A DNA stretch of 63,635 nt, filler included, from Octopus bimaculoides (Eukaryota): NCBI RefSeq assembly GCF_001194135.2. It is 5 parts of 5 records of this genome, joined end to end, with 100 filler letters (N's around TTAATTAATTAA, not from the genome) between each part and the next. Parts side by side here need not be neighbours in the genome. Positions count along the whole stretch, not along the records: positions 33,613 to 59,660 come from NC_068981.1; positions 59,761 to 62,309 come from NC_068995.1; positions 62,410 to 63,635 come from NC_068987.1; 2 more parts are not named here. One strand, written 5' to 3'. A program made the translations under genes and the position numbers. Below the pieces are notes generated by a model. The model was not told where the DNA came from. It searched no databases and was given only the letters and a program-made list of their open reading frames with translations. The number at the start of each line of letters is the position of its first letter. Position 1 is the first letter of the stretch. Of this stretch, positions 52,964 through 63,635 are shown one piece after another.

Positions 52964-53506
52964 ATTTTGAATTTGACCTGTGGTTTCTGTTTATTATGAA
53001 CTTTTAAACGTACTTGTGTGAGGGCAGCAAAAGATATTTTTCAAGATGTATGTGAATTTGACCCGTGGAAGCGTGTTTACTTATGAACTTTCGACGTACT
53101 GTTTTCAAATATTAATAGAATTTTTTTTTTATATTTTAATCGTCTGATAAACCTTTTTTCGTCGGTGCATATTTATTTTATTTTATTTTTATCCTTATTT
53201 ATTTTATAAATTGTCTATTCGGTTTTTTTTTGGTAGTTTTTTTTGATTTTTAGTTGTGTATATTTAAATTTTTGATCTATTTGTACTGCATTCGATTATA
53301 TATTTTTACTGTCTGTGATTTTATGCATATGTATTTTGTTTTATATGTTTGAGGGGTGGTGTTGTATGTACAGTTGTTGACCCAAATTTAATGTTTGTCC
53401 TATAGCCAATGCTTCTTTATCTTCGTGTCATTTATTTGAGCACTTCTTTTGCAGTCGTATAAACCCTCTTGTTTCTATAAACTGAGACAAATATTATTTC
53501 TTGTTG

Positions 53507-53539
<33 letters not shown>

Positions 53540-53545
<6 letters not shown>

Positions 53546-53720
53546 ATAAAGGGCGGGCTGCTTTCAGTTTCCCTCTACCAAATCCACTCACAAGATTTTG
53601 GTCGGCCCGAAGCTATAGTAGAAGACACGGGCCCCAGGTGTCACGCAGTGTTATTGACCCAGAACCATGAGGCTGGTGTACAAGCTACTTACCAAACAGT
53701 TACTCCTGTGCCTATGTATA
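53540..53720 (-). mobile_element. SINE head/core; second copy at 62420-62590
   Basis: TTTCAGTTT...AAATCCACT.ACAA...TTTGGTCGGCCCGA.GCTA.AGTAGAAGACAC is shared by both copies. Confidence 0.8.
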
Positions 53721-53811
53721 TATGTATAAAATTTAATAATAAGGGTAGAAATTGATATTAATCAATTAAAACCAGTGGTCCAGCATATTAAAAAAACTCC
53801 GAAGATTAAAG

Positions 53812-54036
53812 TTATATTACGTACAAAAATAAGAGGAATGACCAGCAAAAGTGGACTCCTATATGCTAGAAATAGATGCCGAATCATCTAACCACGAAGA
53901 ATATGTTCTCAGTAAAATTTCAGCGAGACGACAGACTGTAAAATAGACTGAGAAGATATTCTTCGTGGTTAGATCATTCGGCATCTAATTCTAGCATATA
54001 GGAGTTCACTTTTGCTGGTCATTCCTCTCATTTGTG

Positions 54037-54045
<9 letters not shown>
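53812..54045. repeat. Palindromic element, ~100-bp arms and ~33-nt loop
   Basis: GAGGAATGACCAGCAAAAGTG.ACTCCTATATGCTAGAA.TAGATGCCGAAT.ATCTAACCACGAAGAATAT.TTCTCAGT is mirrored at ~53947-54040. Confidence 0.9.
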
Positions 54046-54097
<52 letters not shown>

Positions 54098-55293
54098 CAT
54101 AAACATACACACATATACATACAAGCCACATCACATATATGTATGGCTATTTCGTAGCTCGTATGAGTAAGCGTTTGTGTTTGCCGACCTAATAAACACA
54201 CCGTTGCGCGCGCTGTCTGTCACTCTCTTTCTTTCTTTCTTTTTTTCTTTCTTTCTCTCTCTCTCTCCCTCTATTTCTCTATCTCTCTATGACGCACTCG
54301 CTCAAATATGCATGCATTTCTGTTTCACGAACAAATCACACACTTTATGGAGTACTGATGAGGAAATTTACAACAACCACACGACTGTTCTTTTTGGGTG
54401 CGGTTTAGAATGTAAATAACATTTATAGCAGAAAAGACCTACAAATTACGGGAAAAGTGTCTTATTGTTGGATATCTTAATATAATATATTTATAGTATG
54501 GTGATACATTATATTTTTCCAGCAGTTTTCTAAAGGTTTTTTTTCTCTGCAAATATATATTACTTACTTTTTTTTAAAGTGAATAGTCTGCCGTAGAAAC
54601 ACCAGTGAAATATCGCCCTATCACTTTTACATTCAGTTACTTGTTTAAAAGTTTATTAATCAAATCTAATGTTTCAAAAGATTTTACAGCAGTAATATTT
54701 TATATCGCCATAAGGTTCAAAGCATCAATATATTTTAATATGTACGTTAGATGTTTACGTCTATTTAATTTCCATATATGAGTAGATATTTTAAAAGCGC
54801 AAGAAAACGAGAAGGTTATTTTCTAATAAACGTACTTGTGTATGCTTTTAAGTTCATATAAGTGTTTAAGTTTTATGTCGTATCGACAATTGGTCAATAA
54901 TAATTTACAACAATATTATTGATTTTGATTTAAAGTATTCTATTTCGTGTAAGGGAAAGCTGTTTCAAATCAGACTTATATTACAGAAAATAAATCATTG
55001 AAGTATGTTCATTTAACATACTATTTCAACCAATACTGGCAGTGTCGCCAATAGTCTACATCGCATTTGAGTCGGATCAAGACTAATTGCTTGACTCCTG
55101 CAGCTGGTAGTCATCCTAGGTGTCAGAATGGGAGCAGAACTGGACATAAATATAAATTATTCATCATATGTAAATATTTACTGATGCTTATATATAGTTA
55201 TCATCATATTATCTTCACTCTATATATATATATATATATCATGTGCATATATGCAAATGCACATATGTCAATACAATGTTTATCAAACTATCA

Positions 55294-55337
<44 letters not shown>

Positions 55338-55831
55338 ATGGAGTGAAGACGGGTAGTTTATTGGCTAGGGCTTCAGGCTAGCGATCGTAAGGTTGTGGAT
55401 CCGAATCTCGGCGGCATGTTGTGTGAAAATAACGTTTTTTTACGTTGCTGCAGTCCACTTAGCTTGCAAAAATTAGTACTGCCTGCATTTCAAAAGATCA
55501 TTCATGTTACATTCTCTGTCTCGATAAATCTCTCAAGAACTACTTTAATGTTACGCGTTTCTGTGGTTCCTCATGGTAATTTTAAGAGCAGGCTGTTCCG
55601 TTGCTCATATCAAGTTTAGCACTCGTGTTAGTTACGACAGAATGCTAGTTATATATATATTTTTTTATTATTTTTTTTAATATATATATAGAATATTTGC
55701 CATTTAAACGTGGCTAACCCTTAAGGGTTGATGCTACTGTAGCTTGTAGCCCTACGAAGACATCCCCTCAAGGTGCCCTATCAGTAATTGCAAATGGAAG
55801 TCCTCCGTCCCAATTCCAGCCTGGCGTAAAA

Positions 55832-55876
55832 CACAGGGACCCGGGGTTCTGGGTATCGACCCGTCATCAGCGTGTG
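55832..55876 (-). ncRNA. Hammerhead-like motif with GAAA altered to AGAA
   Basis: Minus strand: CACACG CTGATGA C GGGT-CGAT-ACCC AGAA CCCCGGG TC CCTGTG. Stem I 5/6 bp, stem II 4 bp, near-palindromic stem III, GTC site. Confidence 0.5.
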
Positions 55877-55931
55877 ACAACCACCGCTGACGATGTGAAT
55901 TGGTTCCCAATGCAAATATATATAAATTGTC

Positions 55932-55978
55932 CAGTGACGAAAAGTCACAGATCTCGGAAAAGTGACTTTTCGTCACTG
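55932..55978. repeat. Perfect 17-bp inverted repeat with 13-nt loop
   Basis: CAGTGACGAAAAGTCAC-AGATCTCGGAAAA-GTGACTTTTCGTCACTG. Confidence 0.95.
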
Positions 55979-56397
55979 AAAAAGTATATATATATATATA
56001 TATATATTTGCATTGGAAACCACTTCACATCGCTGCCCGGCTTTCATTTGTGTTTTGTTTTTTGGAGGAGGTCNNNNNNNNNNNNNNNNNNNNNNNNNNN
56101 NNNNNNNNNNNNNNNNNNNNNNNNNNNNNNNNNNNNNNNNNNNNNNNNNNNNNNNNNNNNNNNNNNNNNNNNNNNNNNNNNNNNNNNNNNNNNNNNNNNN
56201 NNNNNNNNNNNNNNNNNNNNNNNNNNNNNNNNNNNNNNNNNNNNNNNNNNNNNNNNNNNNNNNNNNNNNNNNNNNNNNNNNNNNNNNNNNNNNNNNNNNN
56301 NNNNNNNNNNNNNNNNNNNNNNNNNNNNNNNNNNNNNNNNNNNNNNNNNNNNNNNNNNNNNNNNNNNNNNNNNNNNNNNNNNNNNNNNNNNNNNNNN

Positions 56398-58080
56398 CTT
56401 CACATCCGCAAAAACTAGCGAACTCGGGGAACATTTGTCTTGCTAGCAGAGACCACACCCGTTCACCATCCAGGAGAATCCAGAGATGCCTCAATCTCCT
56501 CACACGTCTGCGCATCATCTATCAAGGCATCCGTAATCCTTTCTTTAACGGTCGTGACGACAGATAGAGTGTCTCACAAGTAGCGACGTGTTCTTCCACA
56601 AAAAGCAGAAGAGTTGTTTCTCCAACTTGATTAACACCGAATTCGGGCAAGGAACGACGGTCAGGCGGTAGGTAATGACCGATGCGATAAACACATTGGC
56701 CACCTCTGCGCTCCCTTTCAGGGATCGTCTTGACTATGAAGGCCACCCTGCTCGAAACCTCCACCCAGTTCTTCTCTAGCTGGAGATCTAGTCCAAACCA
56801 GACCCCTAGCAACTTAACTGGTCCTTCGGTCCAGCGTCCAACGACGCTATCTCAAGGCATCGACTTGCCCCTCCAGGTGCTGAGTTGCAAGCCGACTGAT
56901 ATTTCCCGGTTAATCTTTGCTTCTTCCACCGTCTCGTAAACTTCAATAGCTTTGCCTACTTCATGTATTCGTGCTACTGTGGTCACGCTGATAGTGATGT
57001 CATCCGCATAAACTGAAACAAATTTCTCATATCCAGGATCTCTCGGGATGCCACTCAACCTTCGCAGTAGCAGCTCGAGAGCCACCACATACAAAAGTGG
57101 TGAGAGCGGACATCCGTGGCGAATCGAGTGTTTAATACAGAACGGCTTTGATAGAAAACCGTTCACCCGAACTATCGTTTCAATATTGTGATACAATTGA
57201 ATAATCCACCTAACGAAGCCAAGACCCAGGCCAAACTGCGGAAGAACAGTCACCAGTTACTGATGGTCAACCCTATCGAAAGCTTTAGATGGGACTACAT
57301 GTACCAATGTCCCACCTCTGACAGATTTATCCCCAAACCGCTCTAAGGCATAGCGGATAAGGTGGAGATTATCCTGAATGGTTCTGCCGCGAATGGCACA
57401 TGTCTGTGCTTCCTCCCCCGATCAGATCCTCCATGACACGCGCAAACCTTTTTCCTAATACCTTGGCCGAAATCTTCACTTCTGCATTCAACAGAGAGAT
57501 GGGCTTGTAACTATCGAAACAATCCCAATTGTCCAGGTCTTTTCTTACCAGTGTCACCACTCCCCGGTGTGCAGATCTGGGGATAAACCCATTATGTTGC
57601 CAATTCGCGTACACATTGGCCAGCAGGTGCCCAAACAAGTCTGGAATACACTTATACAGCTCGTGCGGAAGACCATCTGGTCCCGGTGACCTACACACGC
57701 CACAGTCCCCAGGCGTGATCGGCCCTTCACAAGACTCCGTATCAGGTTCCGAGAGGCGCAGCAGCCCGGCAAGGAAGCCCCCAAGGTCTCCCCTACGATC
57801 CGGCCCGCCGCCACCCCCGAACAGCCGGGAAAAGTACTCCTGAAAGGCCTCTCACATTTCCTCGGGTTCGTTTACCAATACACCTTGAAGATTCACCATA
57901 GACCGAATAGTGGAATTATTTCCACGTTGAGCTTCCACCGCTCGGTCCCATCCAGCGGCCTTGGTCCCTCCACATCCCATTTCACGCATTTTGCTCTGAC
58001 AATTCGCCCCATGTGTTGGGCTTCGAGGTGCTGATTCAATTCCAGTCTCTTCACCTTCTCTGAATTAACTGCTTAATCCG
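56398..58080 (-). mobile_element. L1/Tx1-clade ORF2 (reverse transcriptase) fragment, 5'-truncated and frameshifted
   Basis: SPGPDGLPHELY...YKPISLLNAEVKI.AKVL; KAFDRVDH; SIRHGCPLSPLLYVVALE; VSVYADDITI. Confidence 0.95.
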
Positions 58081-58084
58081 CTTT

Positions 58085-58700
58085 CTGCATTCCTCTACCC
58101 ACACAACAACTGAGGGCAACACAAAAAAGAGAAGAACAAATCATACCATTTATATTGACGCACAATCCATGCCACCAGAACATCTTCAATATCGCTAAGG
58201 CAAACCTACCTATCATTGCTTAAAGTAAGGAATTAAGAGACATCATTACAGACCAAACTATAACTCTCAGTAAAAGACAGCTTAAAAACTTCAAAAAGTT
58301 ATTAACAAAGGCAAGATTTGACATTAGCAACAAAGACCAAACATTCACTGTGTCTAAATGCAATGATAGCCGATGCGGTTCATGCCAATTAATACATACC
58401 GACCCATATATGAACACAACGGAGGAAATATTCACAAACGCAAATAGGAACTGCAAAAGCAGAAATTTAATCTACTGAATCATATGCCCGAATTGTGGGC
58501 CAGACAGGCAATGCACTATTAGAATGCTCACGTGTGCACCGAAAACAAATACCGCTGAGTAACTCTCTAGCAACAAGTGGCGGGAAAATATTTATAATAT
58601 TTACATTTCATAAACTATACAATCCGAATGAAGTCGAGAGAAAACTGAGAGAGAAGGTCTTTATTAATAAATTCAAACCCAAATTTAATAAACAATGATA
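58085..58700 (+). mobile_element. Neptune-type PLE C-terminus
   Basis: IPFILTHNP...SKRQLKNFKKLLTKARF...CNDSRCGSCQLI...CKSRNLIY*IICPNC; after a frameshift GQTG...VHRKQI...ERKLREKVFINKFKPKFN. The YI of YIG is deleted. Confidence 0.88.
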
Positions 58701-59162
58701 AAAAAATAATTTTATTTGAGGCTCACAAGTCTTATCCCCATATCTAAAAAAATAATAAAAATTTGTTTAAAGTACTGCTGTCAACGTTTTTAAAAATAAA
58801 CACTGAAAAATAGCCGAGGAACTACGACTTCTATCCACAGGAATGTATATAAAAGACAAAATTTTAACCAGTCAGCCACAGTTGAAACTAATGAACACAA
58901 CTGTCACCACAACCATATGAACTAGAAGATTGCATAATTGTAAGAAAATATACTAGTTCAATAGGAATGGACATTTAATATTTCATTTGATATTTCACTT
59001 GTTTAATAAGAATAGGCAAAAATACTTCTTTTCATTTCTTTTTACTATATTATTTTATATCTTATTTTATAATATTATAAGATTATAAATTAAACATGAA
59101 AAACAGATTTGGAATTCCTTTGAGAAGTATATCATTCTCTACACAACCATACAAACCCCTTT

Positions 59163-59243
<81 letters not shown>

Positions 59244-59246
59244 GAG

Positions 59247-59296
<50 letters not shown>

Positions 59297-59760
59297 ATGC
59301 AGGTGTGTATATTTGTATATATGCATCATGTGCATAATTTTAACATTCAAGGTGTGTCCTCTTGAAGCACATCTGATAATTCCAATATTACAAATCCTTA
59401 TGTTGATGTTACATTGGAGTGAAGTGTCCGTGAGACTTGAAAATTCTACCAAGTATTTCCAGTAGAGCAAATAAATATCAAAATGTGAGATTGCAAAATA
59501 ATTATGTGGTTTTATTTATTCAAAATTACGTATATCAGGATATATATTAATTGTTTCTACTTCATGTACAATTTTGTAACTCCTATTAGTATATGAACTG
59601 GTGAAATGATGTATAAATAATACTCCTCCAAGAAACATTTTCAATCTCCTGCTGCCATATNNNNNNNNNNNNNNNNNNNNNNNNNNNNNNNNNNNNNNNN
59701 NNNNTTAATTAATTAANNNNNNNNNNNNNNNNNNNNNNNNNNNNNNNNNNNNNNNNNNNN

Positions 59761-59833
<73 letters not shown>

Positions 59834-59859
59834 ATCAAAACAGGAATTGGAAACATTTT

Positions 59860-60050
59860 TTGGTATCATTTATATAGGCGTGTTTTTTTATATATATATA
59901 TAGTTGAAATTCACAGAGAAACAAAAGACGAAGACAGTTGTTTGAACAACAAACAGTTGTATTAGTTTGACGCTCGGGAAAGTAAAAAAGTCTTTTGTGT
60001 TTCATGTCTACACTCTTCAGCAGAAAGGAACAACAGAAAATAGACAGAGA
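59860..60050 (-). mobile_element. Second, more decayed copy of the 6975-7160 pLTR-like repeat
   Basis: Minus strand CTTTCTGCTGAAGAGTGTAGACATGAAACACAAAAGACTTT...TTCCCGAGCGTCA.ACTAATA aligns with 7038-7103. Confidence 0.7.
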
Positions 60051-60420
60051 GATAGAGAGAATAAGAAGACGTGTGGATTTAGCGATCAAGCTTAACAACT
60101 CATATATATTGTTTGAGAACAGATAATATCAGCTATGTCTTAATATTCCACTTAAATCTATTTCGTTTATTTTCTATTCTATTGAATGTTTCATACTTCT
60201 TCCAAGACAATCACCTAGACATACTCAACTAAGGAAATAAAACTCATTACATATGTTTTACTCCAAACGACCTTGTTATTTATTTAGGCGAAACGAAAAT
60301 GTAAAAATGTCTTTTTTCTATAAATTAAATCTTTTGAAATTTTATTGGAAGTTTAAACCCATCAAAGATAATCCGGCGTCGAATCGTCTGTCTACCTGGG
60401 GTTTCTGTTTCATGTGTTAG

Positions 60421-60477
60421 GTCGTTACTCATAGCGGGAAGCCTGTACCCATGATTTTCGAAGATATTACCAAACAG
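60421..60477 (+). CDS. Candidate 57-nt phase-0 exon (VVTHSGKPVPMIFEDITKQ)
   Basis: TTTCTGTTTCATGTGTTAG acceptor and CAG|GTAATG donor. Only one frame open. Confidence 0.4.
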
Positions 60478-60805
60478 GTAATGTCTATATTGTTGTTTTT
60501 AGCTTTGAACGTACGTAAATTCAAGTGTGCCAAGAAAAGTTGGGCGAGGAAATAATGCCAAGGGGTCGCTGTTCTAGGGAGAAATATTGAGTTGGAATGT
60601 AGTGCAGGGTCAATAGAAGGAGGCGTGGTAAGGTTGCATAATAAGAAGTGGACACGTGAGACTGGGTGGAGAAGTTATAAAGTTCGATAGTTCGGAGGAT
60701 TGATTAGAGGTTGTTGTAGTTGTGACAGAATATTTCGCAGGAGGAGCTGTATCAGAAGCTGTCTTTATAGTGGTGGTGGTGGTGGTGGTGGAAGTGGTAG
60801 TAGTT

Positions 60806-60848
<43 letters not shown>

Positions 60849-61109
60849 CGGTGGTGTGGTGGGGTGGGGGGTTGTNNNNNNNNNNNNNNNNNNNNNNNNN
60901 NNNNNNNNNNNNNNNNNNNNNNNNNNNNNNNNNNNNNNNNNNNNNNNNNNNNNNNNNNNNNNNNNNNNNNNNNNNNNNNNNNNNNNNNNNNNNNNNATGG
61001 TGGTAGTAGTAATAGTAGTAGTGGTGGTGGTGGTGGAGGTGGTTTTGGTGGTAGTAATAGTTGTGGTGGTGGTGGGTTTGGTAGTGTGGTGGTGGTGGTG
61101 GTGGTTTTG

Positions 61110-61143
<34 letters not shown>

Positions 61144-61338
61144 CAGCAGCAACAGCAGCACTATCCAATAGATGCGACTACTTATACATGTGGGATCACC
61201 ATGGGACTTTATCTGAAGCTGCAACATGTGCAGAAAGGAAGAGATAGAAATCTGATTCTTTACTTCATGTGGCAGTCATTTCTTTATTTGCTTTTAAAAA
61301 GTGTCTCATTGCTGTTGAAAAAATGGTTGTTTTTGCAG

Positions 61339-61433
61339 GTCTTTGTTCATGGAGTCAAGGAAGGCTTAAAGTGGAGAATTTAAGTTGCGTATGGATGACA
61401 CCCGAGTGTGGAAGGCTAAGGAAAGAGAGAAAG
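61339..61433 (+). CDS. Candidate exon (VFVHGVKEGLKWRI* in phase 0, or GLCSWSQGRLKVENLSCVWMTPECGRLRKERK in phase 1)
   Basis: TTGTTTTTGCAG acceptor and AAG|GTAAGA donor, both near consensus. Confidence 0.4.
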
Positions 61434-62006
61434 GTAAGATTATCTCTGTAACCTTGTTTGTTGTTTGAAGTGACTGCGAATACCAAAAGAAATGATTGAC
61501 AAACATTACGTAACTACGATACAGCAGAGATGTTAGACTGTGAGTTCAAAACAAAAGATCCGTCAACGCAGGTTATCACAGAGCTGTGTAACAGGTAACA
61601 TTGTTCCCAGGATATAAGAAACAGATGAAACTCGTGGACAAGAAACTTAGCGAGAAAATGCTCTCATTAGACACGTCCAAAGACAAGTGTCGTGATATTG
61701 AAATAATTTAGATTCCCAAAAAAGAGTGCGCGCGTTTATTTGTAACAACGGAGAGCAAATCACAGGCAGGCCAGTGTCTTCCGCATTGGAATACTGCATG
61801 TTGAACGGGATGGGGATTACACACGAGAAAGAAGCAGGTTGAAGCTTATGTCTCCATCACTTTTGTCATATTGACATTGAAGGACACAGAAGTTGCCCTT
61901 CTTAGCAATGGGATGCATTGGAGCAAGTGTCATTGAGGTAGATCCCCGCATATATACTGTATATATTTCTAGCTGGCAATTCGGATTCGCTTCAGGAGTG
62001 AGGTGG

Positions 62007-62060
62007 AGTATACAACACTGATGAGCAGAAAGGAAAAACTGCGAAATGTCGATCTATGCC
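62007..62060 (+). ncRNA. Hammerhead ribozyme candidate with canonical core
   Basis: CTGATGA 62018-62024, stem II GCAG/CTGC with 10-nt loop, GAAA 62043-62046, then TGTC-GATC (GTC or ATC site). Stem I is weak. Confidence 0.55.
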
Positions 62061-63635
62061 GTTCGAGTTCGCTTCCGGAGCATTTTTGCTTCGCCTGTCT
62101 TTGAAGTATACTGTGTTTTTAATACGATGCGTCTTTTAAAAGATATTCCATAGAAAGATATTCCTTAGCCAAAATATCGCAGTTACAAGCGTTTAACAAC
62201 ACACATCCGTTATATATGTGATTTTGATAAGGATTGTATTATTGAGCTGCTTCTAATACAAATTCTGATTATATATATATGTCCTCCTGGGGCTAAAAGC
62301 AACACTATANNNNNNNNNNNNNNNNNNNNNNNNNNNNNNNNNNNNNNNNNNNNTTAATTAATTAANNNNNNNNNNNNNNNNNNNNNNNNNNNNNNNNNNN
62401 NNNNNNNNNATACATACATATGCAACTGGTTTCTTTCAGTTTGTATCAACAAAATCCACTTACAAAGCTTTGGTCGGCCCGAGGCTACAGTAGAAGACAC
62501 TTGCTCAGCGTACCACGCAGTCGGATTGAAACCGGAACCATGTGGCTGGGAAGCAAACATTTTTATCACACAGCTACACCTATATAAAAATACATACGTG
62601 TATGTGTGTGTGTGTGTTTGTTTGTGTGTGTGTGTGTGTTTGTTTGTGTGTGTGTGTTTGTTTGTGTGGGGGGTGTAGGAATGTACATACCTATATACAT
62701 ACATGCATTCATGCATTTTTACATTTGTATATAAACTTTGTAGGCTCTTCTTCAGTTCTAAGCAATATTCATACACCTTCCCACCTCATGTTAGTCGGAA
62801 CACCGAAACGCGCAAGTCTCACTTAGGTCATCTTATTTAATAAAATAACCATTCAAAAATTTTCACCGTAATGTCATCTGGCTGAACCTGAATTGATGAA
62901 AGGTATGTATTATGAAAATGTTATATAAATGTAAAAGAAAAGGCTTTTGATACTGGTTTCTACCGTTAGCTACAGGTGAGCAATTTAGAACAAGCGCTTA
63001 AAATTACGAAGATGGAGAGCGATCGTTTTATATAGATAGGACTCGGAAATGTTAAAAGCGAAGTTGATCTCGGATCTCTAGAAACGTGTAACTGAAGAAT
63101 TGTCGTAAATAGGACGATGCGAATCAGAACACAGACATGGCAAAATGTTTAATTCTAAAGCAACATTTTAGTCATTTATTTAATTACTTATTTATATAAT
63201 TATTGATATAATTATTGATGCATTTTTGTCAATATGAATTTTATCCTTCTGCGTACGAGTGTGTAGCACATATATATGTGTCTTTATTCATGTATATGTG
63301 TCTGTGTGTTAATGATATATGAATAACATATAATATTTCATATATTATATATATATATAATAATAATTTAATATTCAATTACTAACTTATTGTATGTATA
63401 TAAATATATATATATATCTGCATACATATATGAATGTATGTATAGATGTATAGATAATAGACAGGCATCTAGATACACGCACATAAGCGAATGTAAAAAC
63501 AGATAAGTAGATAGGACGAAAGGCAGATACATATATATATATATATATATATATATGACATATATGTATGTGTGTGTGTGTGTACGTGTGTATGAGTGTG
63601 TGTGTATGTGTATGTATGTATATATATATATATAT

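Noticed and set aside
54355-54375. CTGATGAGGAAA as a hammerhead core
   Set aside because: No stem II between CTGATGA and GAAA, and no stems I or III.
60610-61247. Pro/His/Thr/Gly-rich ORFs
   Set aside because: (GGT)n/(AGT)n repeats around a gap.
62780-62825. CCGAAACGCG motif resembling a pLTR ribozyme 3' half
   Set aside because: No recognisable CTGANGA upstream; too decayed to call.
1-63635. CRISPR arrays, operons, rRNA, protocadherin or C2H2 zinc-finger genes
   Set aside because: No repeat-spacer arrays, rRNA similarity, cadherin motifs or CxxC-x12-HxxxH arrays seen. The sequence is eukaryotic repeat-rich DNA.

Overview
Eukaryotic, AT-rich, microsatellite-dense sequence, about 13% N. The repeat content points to a cephalopod, probably Octopus (inference, not a database result). 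Four 100-bp spacers (44 N + TTAATTAATTAA + 44 N) show that the window is five concatenated scaffolds: 1-22733, 22834-33512, 33613-59660, 59761-62309 and 62410-end. No complete host gene can be supported. Most ORF-track entries are microsatellite or N read-throughs, and only a few isolated small exon candidates exist. The recognisable content is decayed mobile DNA: five Penelope-like (PLE) GIY-YIG remnants of two types, RTE, HERO-like and L1/Tx1 LINE fragments, mariner and maT-type DNA transposons, MITEs/foldbacks and many SINEs. Three observations stand out. (1) An ORF1-only L1/Tx1-type element appears nested in a PLE 3' repeat just upstream of a hammerhead ribozyme motif, bounded by a degenerate 36-bp direct repeat. 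(2) Several hammerhead-like motifs occur with canonical and variant cores. (3) There are long inverted repeats and a heavily self-duplicated 10.7-kb scaffold. All alignments and folds were done by eye.
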